From the NCBI GenBank assembly GCA_963801355.1, contig CAWDEM010000008.1:704001-768000 (forward strand): a stretch of DNA of 64,000 nucleotides, given 5' to 3'. Positions 39,165-48,543 of the stretch are shown here, piece after piece (position 1 is the stretch's first letter; every line of letters begins with the position of its first letter). This DNA comes from Ignavibacteriota bacterium. GTDB taxonomy: Bacteria > Bacteroidota > Ignavibacteria > UBA10030 > UBA6906. A program made the position numbers and the translations under genes. Below the pieces are notes generated by a model, which saw nothing but the letters and a program-made list of their open reading frames with translations, was not told the origin of the DNA and did no database searches.

Positions 39165-40163
39165 ATGATTGACAAAATCCACCGCCAGCGCCTCGCCGAT
39201 CTTCCCACCCCCCTGGAGGATGCCCCGCGCCTGGCCAGGCACCTGGGCATCTCGAGGCTCCTCATCAAGCGGGACGATCAAACCGGCCTTGCCATGGGTG
39301 GCAACAAAGCAAGGAAACTCGAGTATGATTTTGCGGAAATCGTCCGGCAGGGATGCGATGTCGTGGTGACGGTGGGAGGAGCCCAGTCGAATCACGCACG
39401 GATGACCGCTGCGGCCGCTCGGAAGCTGGGGATGGACGCGAAGATCGTCCTCGGCGGGCCGGACTTCGAAGAATTCCAGGGGAACATGCTTCTTGACGTT
39501 CTCCTCGGTGCGGAGATCCGTTTTCTCAAGAACAATGATGCCAATGACGATCTCACTGCCGCGATGGATGAATGGATCCTCGACCTGAGGAGTCAAGGCC
39601 GCAGGCCGTATGGAATCCCGGTTGGCGGGAGCACGGGCCTGGGTTCCCTCGGGTACGTCCGGGCGATGCGTGAACTGTCCGACCAGTTTGGCCAGGACCC
39701 GGTCCAGATTGTCCTGGCCGTTGGCTCATGCGGAACTCTGGCCGGCACGCTGCTCGGCGCGCATCTGTTCATGCCCCGGGCCAGAGTTATCGGGATCAGC
39801 ATCTCCCGAACATCCGAGCAGATTGCAGTGCAGACTGCTGCATTGGTGAGAGAGGGCGCCGACCTTCTCAACCTTATGGACTTTCCGACGCAGCACCGTG
39901 TCGAAACCTACGATACGTACTTCCGGGAGTATGGGGCGTTCACCGAATCCGCAAGAGAAGCCATCCTGCTCTCTGCCCGACTTGAAGGTCTCCTGCTCGA
40001 TCCTGTCTATACGGGCAAGTCAATGGCAGGACTCATCGACCTGGCCCGCAAAGGCGTGCTCAACAGGGACATACCGACAATCTTCATCCACACAGGCGGA
40101 CTTCCCATTCTCTTTGCATACGAGCCGCAATTCCGCTCACTCGCATGGTGCACGAAGTTTTAG
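39165..40163 (+). CDS. dcyD: D-cysteine desulfhydrase family PLP enzyme
   Basis: KRDD, GGNKARKLE, QSNH, DPVYTGK, HTGG (Thr/Thr rather than the Glu/Leu of ACC deaminases). Confidence 0.8.
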   Translation: MIDKIHRQRLADLPTPLEDAPRLARHLGISRLLIKRDDQTGLAMGGNKARKLEYDFAEIVRQGCDVVVTVGGAQSNHARMTAAAARKLGMDAKIVLGGPDFEEFQGNMLLDVLLGAEIRFLKNNDANDDLTAAMDEWILDLRSQGRRPYGIPVGGSTGLGSLGYVRAMRELSDQFGQDPVQIVLAVGSCGTLAGTLLGAHLFMPRARVIGISISRTSEQIAVQTAALVREGADLLNLMDFPTQHRVETYDTYFREYGAFTESAREAILLSARLEGLLLDPVYTGKSMAGLIDLARKGVLNRDIPTIFIHTGGLPILFAYEPQFRSLAWCTKF

Positions 40164-40194
40164 ACGCCAGGACTCCCTCCTCTCTGAAAGGGGT

Positions 40195-41994
40195 ATGACC
40201 GCCATGTCTGCTCATGCTTGTTTCTTAAGACTTGTGCTCTGCTTCCCGGTAATGCTCATCGCAACTGAAGCATTCGCGCAGAATCGCACGCCAACCATTG
40301 CGACCCACCTGGCTGCGTTGAGGCACAAGGATCCTGCTGTCCAGTGGGCTTCTGTAGCCGGCCTGGCAAGAATCGGAACAGAAGCTGTTCCGTCGCTGAC
40401 GAAAGCGCTTGGAGACGACAACGAGGACGTCCGGGCAAACGCCGCCCTTGCGTTGGGGAAAATTGGCCCAGCGGCGATTGCCGCCGTTCCAGAGCTCATC
40501 ACAACTCTCAGGGACCGGAGCGACCGGGTCCGGGAAAACTCTGCAGAGGCTTTAGGGGTGATGCGGCCTATTACCGCTCGGGCAGTGGAGGCACTTATTG
40601 ATTGCCTGTCAGATCGGGACCCATACGTCGGTGGCAAAGCTGCCGAAGCACTGAGCAGGATCGGGCCTGCAGCTGTTGCGAGCCTTGTCAGCGTACTCAA
40701 CAGCGGCACTGACACTTCCCGTTGGTGTGCGACTATTGCTCTGGGCAAAATCGGGCTGGACGCCTACCCGGCCGTACCAGCACTGACACGAGCCCTAACC
40801 GATGCAAAGGATGACGTGCGTTGGGGTGCAGCCTCGGCACTCGGGAACATCGGCACAAAAGCGCAGTATGCTGTGCCGAACCTCATGCAAGCACTTAGTG
40901 ATAGAGATCAAGACGTTCGCCGGGCGGCCTCGCTGGCGCTGGAAAAGATAGGCCCTTCAGCCGTCGAGTCTCACAACGATTGGCGTTCGGTCGCGGCAAC
41001 ACTCGATACGCTCACACACCACCTGATGAAAGAATCACATGTTCCGGGAGTAGCCGTTGCGTTAATCACCGACCGGACTCTCGTGTGGTCAGGCCGGTAC
41101 GGACTGGCCGACATCAAGAGCGGTACCCCCGTGACGGATGAAACCCTTTTTGAAGCGTGTTCCATGTCGAAACCGGTTTTCGGTTACATCGCACTGAAGT
41201 TGGTCGAGATGGGGAAGCTGGACCTTGACCGTCCGCTTGTGGACTACCTCGATCCCGCCTCTCTCCGCGGTCAACCGGATCACGGCCGGATCACGGCGCG
41301 CATGGTGTTGTCACATACAACCGGCTTGCCGAATTGGAGGAAAGGCGGAGAAGAGTTCGACGGTCCGCTTGCCGTGATGTTTGCCCCGGGAACAAGGTTC
41401 GGCTACTCCGGCGAAGGGTTCTACTATCTCCAACAGGTGGTCGAGCGTCTGACGGAAGAGCCCCTGGATCTTTATGCACGGTGGACATTGCTGGACCCAC
41501 TGAAGTTGGTGCACACAAGCTTCGTCTGGACAGAAGAGCTCAGCGCGAATATTGCCGGCGGATACGATTCCAGGGGAGAGGCCCTGCCGAGAAGCCGGTA
41601 CACGCACGCCAATGCAGCGTACACGCTGTACACCTCTGCGAGTGATTATGCACGGTTTCTGATTGAGATCATGAATCCCAACCGCACGGCCCAACATTCA
41701 CTCACGCAACGCTCTATCGATACGATGCTCTCGCACCAGGTTGCCCTTACCTCAAGAGAACCTATCGAGCGGCCGGGATCGGTGAGATACTCAGAGGTGT
41801 ACTGGGGTCTGGGATGGTCAATAAATACCACCCCGCAGGGGGACATTATGCACCACAGTGGATCCAACGCATCCGGATTCAGGTGCTTCAGTCAATTCAA
41901 CCCCGCCAGAGGGTCGGGCATCGTTATCATGACGAACGGCATCGGTGGGGGCGATCTCTGGACACGGCTCATCAGCAGGATCGGCAACCTGTAG
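40195..41994 (+). CDS. Exported HEAT-repeat / serine hydrolase (beta-lactamase family) fusion
   Basis: Signal peptide ending AFA-Q; multiple VR..AA.ALG.IG HEAT repeats; SMSK, HTTG, YSG, HSG. Start uncertain (40195/40204). Confidence 0.85.
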   Translation: MTAMSAHACFLRLVLCFPVMLIATEAFAQNRTPTIATHLAALRHKDPAVQWASVAGLARIGTEAVPSLTKALGDDNEDVRANAALALGKIGPAAIAAVPELITTLRDRSDRVRENSAEALGVMRPITARAVEALIDCLSDRDPYVGGKAAEALSRIGPAAVASLVSVLNSGTDTSRWCATIALGKIGLDAYPAVPALTRALTDAKDDVRWGAASALGNIGTKAQYAVPNLMQALSDRDQDVRRAASLALEKIGPSAVESHNDWRSVAATLDTLTHHLMKESHVPGVAVALITDRTLVWSGRYGLADIKSGTPVTDETLFEACSMSKPVFGYIALKLVEMGKLDLDRPLVDYLDPASLRGQPDHGRITARMVLSHTTGLPNWRKGGEEFDGPLAVMFAPGTRFGYSGEGFYYLQQVVERLTEEPLDLYARWTLLDPLKLVHTSFVWTEELSANIAGGYDSRGEALPRSRYTHANAAYTLYTSASDYARFLIEIMNPNRTAQHSLTQRSIDTMLSHQVALTSREPIERPGSVRYSEVYWGLGWSINTTPQGDIMHHSGSNASGFRCFSQFNPARGSGIVIMTNGIGGGDLWTRLISRIGNL

Positions 41995-42041
41995 GCCTGG
42001 AGAGAAAAAGCCGATGAGCTTGAGCTTGTTGGTTGTTGTTG

Positions 42042-42070
42042 TTGACTCTCGCTTCTCCCTATTGTATTTT
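42042..42070 (+). promoter_or_regulatory. Sigma70-type promoter of the kinase at 42175
   Basis: TTGACT-17nt-TATTTT, preceded by a short (GTT)n run. Confidence 0.55.
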
Positions 42071-42174
42071 ACTTCCGCATTGATGGTCCCCGTGCCGTCC
42101 GGATCGCGTCCCGCGTTCGGCGGGATGAAGTATCCATGGTCAATGGATAGTCGGTCATCCCCTGGGTTTTCCCC

Positions 42175-44772
42175 ATGATCGGCAAAGTTGTTTCCCACTA
42201 CAAGATTCTCGAACACCTCGGCGGCGGTGGAATGGGCGTTGTCTACAAGGCCCACGACACGAAGCTGGACCGCACTGTCGCCCTGAAGTTCCTGCCTCCC
42301 GAGCTCACCCGTGACCTCGAAGCCAAGCAGCGGTTCGTGCACGAAGCGAAGGCCGCCTCAGCCATCCAGCACAACAACATCTGCGTCGTTCACGACATAG
42401 ATGAAGCTCAAGACGGCGACATGTTCATTTGCATGGAATACCTCGAAGGCGAAACGCTCAAGCAAAGGATCGAGCGAGGTCCGCTGAATTTCCGCGATGC
42501 CGTTGATATTGCACTCCAGGTGGCGCAGGGGCTCACGAAAGCCCATGAGCACGGGATCATTCACCGCGACATCAAGCCGGCCAACATCATGGTAACGAAT
42601 GATGGGGTGGCCAAGATCGTGGATTTCGGGCTGGTGAAGCTGTCCGGCCGGACAATGCTCACCAGAGCCGGGAGTACGCTCGGTACAGTAGCCTATATGT
42701 CGCCGGAGCAGGCCCGGGGGGAGCCGACAGATCACCGCACCGACCTCTGGTCGTTGGGGGTGGTCCTGTACGAGATGCTCAGCGGCAGGCGCCCGTTCGA
42801 GGGAGAATACGAACAGGCTACCATCTTCAAGATTCTGAACGACTCTCCCGACCCAATCTCACGTTCTGATATTCCGAAAGCACTCGAGCGGATTGTGGCG
42901 AAGGCCATGGCGAAGGACCTGGCGTCGCGTTACAGTCGTGCGGAGGATATGGCGAACAATCTGCGTGCCTTTCAGCGCACCTTCGAGACTCCATCCCCGG
43001 TTCCGAAAAGATCTATGCTGTGGCCGGCCTTGATCGGCGGGGGTCTGGTTCTGCTCGCAGCAAGTCTCTGGTTTCTCTTCAAGCCTCATGCAGTCGGAGA
43101 GTTGCGCAAGTCCATCGCAGTCCTTCCAATAACGTCGATCACGAAATCCGAGTCGGATCAGGAATTCGCCGATGGATTGCATGACCATTTGCTGACACGG
43201 CTCGCGGGCATTCGAGATCTCACGGTGATCAGCCGCCAGTCGGTCCTTCAATACAGACAGACGACAAAACGTTCGAAGGAGATTGCCGAAGAACTCGGTG
43301 TGCAGATGCTCATGGAATCATCCGTACAACAGGCGGGTGGGCGCCTGCGGATGCAGGTGCAGTTGATTGACGGAACTTCGGAGGCTCATTTGTGGGCCAC
43401 GTCGTATGACCGCCAGCTCACGGACATCTTTGCGGTCCAGACAGACCTTGCGGAATCCATTGCGAGAGCATTGCAGGCGACGATCACGCCCGAGGAAAAA
43501 TCGGCTCTGGAGAAACCCTGGACGAAGAACAAAGAAGCTCTCGAACTCTACATGCGGGGATTAAATCTCTGGGCCGTATCCTTCACAGCGGAAGGAAATA
43601 TCAGGGCTGCTGAATTCCTGGAAGAGGCAGGCCGGCTCGATCCGCAGTTTGCCGCCGCATTCGCCATGGCTGCGTTTGTTCATACAAATGTCTACGCGCA
43701 GGGCAGATGGGATCCGAGCCCCTCGCGTCTCGCGAAAGCTGAGGAGGCCCTCAAGCGGGCGCAAGCACTCGACCCCGCTCTTCCTGAGACGCATATCGCA
43801 GCAGGCAGCTACGCCCGCCTGGTGAAGCGCGATTTCCAGGAGGCCAGTCGGGAGCTCAAAGCGGCTCTCGCAGTTAGCCCGAACAATGCTGAGGCAACAC
43901 ATGAACTCGCTTTCGTGAAGGTTCAGCTCCGTGAATTAGAGGAAGCGCAGTCCCTTTTTGAACGGTGCGAGATACTGGATCCTCTTTCACGAACGGGTGG
44001 CATGGACGCGCGGACGGTCGCGTGGGCCTTACGTCACTATGATGTGGCACTCAAGTTGAGCGAGCGGTACCTGTCGCGGTTTCCGGACGACCCGTTGTCC
44101 TACGTTTATCATGCACAGCTCCTGGGGGAGGGGTTCGGGGACCTTCCGCGTGCGGAAGAAACACTCCGGCAGGCACGGCAATGGAGCGCGACGCATCAGT
44201 GGACCGACGGCCGTGACCGTGAGGATATGGCAGAGGCGTTAGCAGCGATGGAAGGATACCTGACCTACATTCATCGAGATTCTGTAAAGGCCAGCGCCCT
44301 CGCGCTTCAGGGACAAGCTCACTTCGGTGGGAGACGTCTCCCTCCCCACATGCTCTTGCCTTGTCGCAGGCAGGAAGGTGTCCAGGCGTATCTCGATACG
44401 GTCGTGGTTCGGAACAGGCGCGCCATCCAGAGAGACAGCACGAATGCAATCGCTTGGTTGCGGCTGGCTCTGGCGAAGGCAATTCTGGGAGAAAAGTCCG
44501 AGGCACGAGATGCGGTGCGCCGCGTGGAATCCCTGCAGCGTCCATTTACCGATCCCTGGATGTACCAGGAATCATATGCTGAATGGCTTGCGAGTGCTTA
44601 CATCATCCTCGGTGAGAACAGCAGGGCGATTGAGATCCTCGAACGTCTGCTTGCCCGCCCGGGCTGGTTGACTGTCTGGAAGTTGCGCCTGGATCCGGTC
44701 TATGACCCCCTGAGAAAGGACGCTCGATTCCAGGCCCTTCTTTCGAAGTACGAGGGAGTCCAGGCACTCTGA
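42175..44772 (+). CDS. Ser/Thr protein kinase with TM, TolB-like and TPR domains
   Basis: [25 protein letters not shown]; [22 protein letters not shown]; SIAVLP; C-terminal [14 protein letters not shown]. Confidence 0.93.
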   Translation: MIGKVVSHYKILEHLGGGGMGVVYKAHDTKLDRTVALKFLPPELTRDLEAKQRFVHEAKAASAIQHNNICVVHDIDEAQDGDMFICMEYLEGETLKQRIERGPLNFRDAVDIALQVAQGLTKAHEHGIIHRDIKPANIMVTNDGVAKIVDFGLVKLSGRTMLTRAGSTLGTVAYMSPEQARGEPTDHRTDLWSLGVVLYEMLSGRRPFEGEYEQATIFKILNDSPDPISRSDIPKALERIVAKAMAKDLASRYSRAEDMANNLRAFQRTFETPSPVPKRSMLWPALIGGGLVLLAASLWFLFKPHAVGELRKSIAVLPITSITKSESDQEFADGLHDHLLTRLAGIRDLTVISRQSVLQYRQTTKRSKEIAEELGVQMLMESSVQQAGGRLRMQVQLIDGTSEAHLWATSYDRQLTDIFAVQTDLAESIARALQATITPEEKSALEKPWTKNKEALELYMRGLNLWAVSFTAEGNIRAAEFLEEAGRLDPQFAAAFAMAAFVHTNVYAQGRWDPSPSRLAKAEEALKRAQALDPALPETHIAAGSYARLVKRDFQEASRELKAALAVSPNNAEATHELAFVKVQLRELEEAQSLFERCEILDPLSRTGGMDARTVAWALRHYDVALKLSERYLSRFPDDPLSYVYHAQLLGEGFGDLPRAEETLRQARQWSATHQWTDGRDREDMAEALAAMEGYLTYIHRDSVKASALALQGQAHFGGRRLPPHMLLPCRRQEGVQAYLDTVVVRNRRAIQRDSTNAIAWLRLALAKAILGEKSEARDAVRRVESLQRPFTDPWMYQESYAEWLASAYIILGENSRAIEILERLLARPGWLTVWKLRLDPVYDPLRKDARFQALLSKYEGVQAL

Positions 44773-44782
44773 GGTCCCCCCG

Positions 44783-45040
44783 CTATTTCGGATGCATCTC
44801 GCGCACTCTGTCCGGGTCGAACTTGGTGAGCTGGACCACCTTCGCATTTCCACGGAGGAATGTCGGGACGCTCAACATCGCCTGTGATTTGCTTTCAGCC
44901 TCCAGTACAGCCCAACCGGTATGAGCCCCGTCTTTGCATCCCCAATCGAAATGGGTCAGATATCCGATCGCGAGCGTTTCTTTGAGGGCTCGCACGCAAT
45001 CCGCAGCCGTGTGATCGGATATCACGAGATATCTTTGCAT
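44783..45040 (-). CDS. Small hypothetical protein (85 aa) with H-x4-C and WGC-x4-H motifs
   Basis: MQRYLVISDHTAADC...FDWGCKDGAHTGW; GGGAG RBS; 38 nt downstream of the REC-TrxR gene. Confidence 0.75.
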   Translation of the reverse strand: MQRYLVISDHTAADCVRALKETLAIGYLTHFDWGCKDGAHTGWAVLEAESKSQAMLSVPTFLRGNAKVVQLTKFDPDRVREMHPK

Positions 45041-45078
45041 GATGTTCTCCCAAGAAGTGTGATCAAACTGCTCTGTGA

Positions 45079-46740
45079 TCAGACCGTGTCCAGATACTTG
45101 CGGATCGAGAAGATTGCCGCCGATCCCTCGCCCACCGCCGATGCCACACGCCTGTCGGAACCCGCGCGGACGTCGCCCGCTGCGAAGATCCCTGGTATAT
45201 TTGTCTCGAAGAGGTACGGATCGCGGTCCAGTGGCCATCCCCGCGGCTTCCCGTTCACACGGGGAAGGTCCGGACCCGTGAACACAAACCCCTGTTCATT
45301 TCGCTCCACCAGGCCGGCGACCACTTCCGAGTGGGGAGCTGTCCCGATGCAAATGAATACCGCCGAAGTGTCCAGAATACGCTCCTCCCCGGTCGTCACA
45401 TTTTGCAGGACGATTGACTCCAGATCCCCATTGCCACAGGCCTGAGTGACCTCGACTCCTGTGATGGCATCAATGTTTTCGATGCCTTTGATCCGCTCGA
45501 CGAGATAGTGCGACATTTTCTGGCTGAGCGCGGGCGCGCGGGCAATGATTGCAACCCGACGTGCGTACCGGGAGAAGAAGAGGGCCGCCTGCCCCGCGGA
45601 ATTCGCCCCGCCGATGATCGCCACATCATGGTTCCGGTACGAGGCTGCCTCGCTCAGTGACACGCCGTAGTACACCCCGCGACCATTGAATGCCTCCAAC
45701 CCCGGCACGTCCAGTTTGCGGACAGCCATGCCCGTCGTGAGCACTACGACATACGCCGAGATTTCATACCCCCCCGCCAGCTGCACGATCCGGTACGGGT
45801 CCGCCCGACGGATGCTCACGACTTCCTGTGCGCTGAGGATCTCTGCGCCGAACCGTCGGGCTTGTGCGGTTGCGCGCTGAGCAAGATCCGCCCCGGTGAT
45901 CCCATTTGGGAAGCCGAGGTAGTTCTCGATTCTGGAACTGCTTCCCGCCTGCCCCCCCGGCGAGCCTTGCTCGACCAGAACAACACGCAACCCCTCGGTC
46001 GCGGCGTAGACCGCATTCGCCAGTCCTGCGGGCCCTCCGCCAATGACCACGACGTCGTAGAATGGGAGTACCGGCTGTGTGTGGAGCCCGACCTTTTCTG
46101 CAAGCTCGAGGTTTGTGGGGGCTCTCAGGTGCGTGCCGTCAGGGAAGAGGACAACGGGAAGACTGGCCGGACCATCCGGGAACCCGGCCACAAGTTCCCG
46201 CATCTCTGCGTTCTCGTCAATGTCGATCCATTCGTAAGGCACCAGGTTGCGAGACAGAAACTCCCGTACCGCATGGCTCTGCGGTGAAAACCGTGCCCCG
46301 GCAACACGGATACCATCGAACGGAAGATGCACGTGGCTTTTCCACTCGGAGAGAAGATCGTCGAGTATCGGGTAGAGCTTCTGCTCGGGAGGGTCCCACG
46401 GCTTCATGAGATAGTGGTCAAGACCGATCTCGTTGATGCCTTCGATCGCCGCCTCCGTGTCGGCGTATGCTGTGAGCAGCACTCTTCTCGAGTCAGGGTA
46501 AAGCTCTCGCACTTCGGCCAGAAGTTTCGTGCCCGTCATTCCGGGCATACGCTGGTCGACCAGGAAAAGGGCGACCGCGGTCCCCCGTTTCTTCAGCTGG
46601 CGCGCAGTGTCAAGCGCGTCCTGTGGGGATCCGGTCTTCATCACACGGTAGTCATCCCTGTAGTGCTGGCGTAGGTCACGCTCGATCGCGCCAAGGACAT
46701 GGGGGTCGTCATCCACGCTCATGATCACTGGTCTCGCCAC
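45079..46740 (-). CDS. Response-regulator receiver / glutaredoxin-like / thioredoxin-reductase-like flavoprotein fusion
   Basis: VDDD, LVDQRMP, LLTAY, MKPW; IGGGPAG, IENYLGFP, GGANSA, FAAGDVR; GTG start after GGAGG. Confidence 0.9.
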   Translation of the reverse strand: MARPVIMSVDDDPHVLGAIERDLRQHYRDDYRVMKTGSPQDALDTARQLKKRGTAVALFLVDQRMPGMTGTKLLAEVRELYPDSRRVLLTAYADTEAAIEGINEIGLDHYLMKPWDPPEQKLYPILDDLLSEWKSHVHLPFDGIRVAGARFSPQSHAVREFLSRNLVPYEWIDIDENAEMRELVAGFPDGPASLPVVLFPDGTHLRAPTNLELAEKVGLHTQPVLPFYDVVVIGGGPAGLANAVYAATEGLRVVLVEQGSPGGQAGSSSRIENYLGFPNGITGADLAQRATAQARRFGAEILSAQEVVSIRRADPYRIVQLAGGYEISAYVVVLTTGMAVRKLDVPGLEAFNGRGVYYGVSLSEAASYRNHDVAIIGGANSAGQAALFFSRYARRVAIIARAPALSQKMSHYLVERIKGIENIDAITGVEVTQACGNGDLESIVLQNVTTGEERILDTSAVFICIGTAPHSEVVAGLVERNEQGFVFTGPDLPRVNGKPRGWPLDRDPYLFETNIPGIFAAGDVRAGSDRRVASAVGEGSAAIFSIRKYLDTV

Positions 46741-46934
46741 AGCCACCTCCGCTCTTCTGATCTTCTGCACAGCGGACAGATCCACGCGGGTGATTCGTAC
46801 CGAGCCCGCTATGAAGGAAACGCATTATTGTCACAGAAGATTCCCGGAAGAGAGGGAACACTGTGGGGTGCCTTTCGGGTTGTTTCATGTAACCGGCGGG
46901 ACGTCGAACGAAAAAAGAACTGAAGGCTACACGG

Positions 46935-48356
46935 ATGAAAAACGAAGCAATAGTTGACCTCCTGGCATCACACCGGACGATTGGTCAGGCGCCCCGGGAG
47001 GAGCTGGAATGGATCGCCGCACACGGCACATTACGTCACTTTGAGGCGGGCGAGGTAGTCTCGAGCCAGACAGAGGTCGTAGACGGCCTCTACATCGTTC
47101 TCAGAGGCAGGTTGTCGATATATGTAAACCGGGGTACGGGCCGGCGCAAGGTAATGGAGTGGCAGGGTGGCGATGTGACCGGAGTTCTCCCCTATTCCCG
47201 GTTGCTTGCGCCGCCCGGGGACAGCATCGTGGACGAGGCGATCGACGCAGTATTCATCTCCCGCAAGGATCTGCCGAGTTTAATCCGCAACTGCTATGAA
47301 GTGACCGCACTGCTGGTGCACGAGATGACGGATCGAGCCCGTCGGTTCACTTCGACAGACCTGCGCGACGAGAAGATGCTCTCTCTCGGAAAACTCGCCG
47401 CCGGTCTTGCACACGAGGTGAACAATCCGGCCTCCGCGGCTCTGCGGGACGCAAAGTCACTCGCAGGCGCACTGTCGACCGCCGAAGAAGCCGCGCGCAT
47501 GATGTTTTCATCGGGCCTCACAGTGGAGCAACTGGGGGCGATAGATGCCATGCGGAGCCTCTGTCTGGGCCCGCCGGATCCCCGGATGACTTCGGGCCTT
47601 TCGCTCGCAGACCGTGAGGATGCCCTTGCCGGTTGGCTCAAGGCGCATGGCGTCACGATTGACCTCGCGGAGGATCTTGCCAGAACAACGGCAACAAACG
47701 AAGCTCTGGACAGGCTTGCGCGCGTTCTGACGGGGTCAGCCCTTGACGCAGCGCTTCGCTGGATCACGGCTGCGTGCGTTGCCCGATCGCTGGTCGTGGA
47801 TATCGAGCGCGCGGCGTCGCGCATCCAGCACCTGGTCGCTGCGGTGAAGGGATACACGCACATGGACAGGGCACCGGATGAAGAGGCTGTTCACATTCCC
47901 GCGGGGCTCACCGATGCAGTTGCCTTGCTGGAAGGAAACGCGCGCACCAAGTCCGTGGTCATCAGGCTCAACATCGAGCCGGACCTCCCTCCCATCCAGG
48001 GTCGAGGGGTCGAGATAAACCAGATCTGGATGAATCTTATCGATAATGCCATTGATGCCGCGCCGGAAGGCGGTCACGTCACCGTGAACGCCTCCAGCAA
48101 CGGGTCCGGTGTTGTTGTGACCGTTCTCGACGACGGTGAGGGCATTCCTCCCGAAATCAGGGAGCGCATTTATGATCCGTTCTTCACGACGAAAGGTGTC
48201 GGTGAAGGAACCGGGCTCGGGCTCGATATCGTTCGCCGAATTGTCCAATGGCATCGCGGCGAGATCGATGTGGATTCACGCCCCGGTCGCACGGAGTTTA
48301 GAGTCAGTCTCCCGTTTGGAAACGAAAGGCTCATCCGTCCCGCCGGACGTCCATAG
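46935..48356 (+). CDS. Soluble histidine kinase with N-terminal cNMP-binding-like domain
   Basis: FEAGEVV...LYIVLRGRL cNMP-like; LAHEVNNP, NLIDNAIDA, DDGEGI, FFTTK, GTGLGL. Confidence 0.9.
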   Translation: MKNEAIVDLLASHRTIGQAPREELEWIAAHGTLRHFEAGEVVSSQTEVVDGLYIVLRGRLSIYVNRGTGRRKVMEWQGGDVTGVLPYSRLLAPPGDSIVDEAIDAVFISRKDLPSLIRNCYEVTALLVHEMTDRARRFTSTDLRDEKMLSLGKLAAGLAHEVNNPASAALRDAKSLAGALSTAEEAARMMFSSGLTVEQLGAIDAMRSLCLGPPDPRMTSGLSLADREDALAGWLKAHGVTIDLAEDLARTTATNEALDRLARVLTGSALDAALRWITAACVARSLVVDIERAASRIQHLVAAVKGYTHMDRAPDEEAVHIPAGLTDAVALLEGNARTKSVVIRLNIEPDLPPIQGRGVEINQIWMNLIDNAIDAAPEGGHVTVNASSNGSGVVVTVLDDGEGIPPEIRERIYDPFFTTKGVGEGTGLGLDIVRRIVQWHRGEIDVDSRPGRTEFRVSLPFGNERLIRPAGRP

Positions 48357-48543
48357 ATTTACCGAGGTGGACGGAAGTGCACTCTCGCGGAATCATGGCA
48401 CGACCGGGATAGGCAGCAGAATCCACGTTCGGGGATATGTGCTATGGTTAGAACGTAGATTGTTGTGAGCTTCACAGCGGGCCAGCTGGAAAATTCAATC
48501 CGAGGCCACTCTCTCTCCCTACACACAACGGCCGCTGTGAATC

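Noticed and set aside
39165-40163. ACC deaminase (acdS) call
   Set aside because: Has DPVYTGK/HTGG rather than the Glu/Leu residues diagnostic of ACC deaminase.
45079-46740. trxB gene symbol
   Set aside because: Catalytic CxxC is absent, so canonical thioredoxin reductase function is unsupported.
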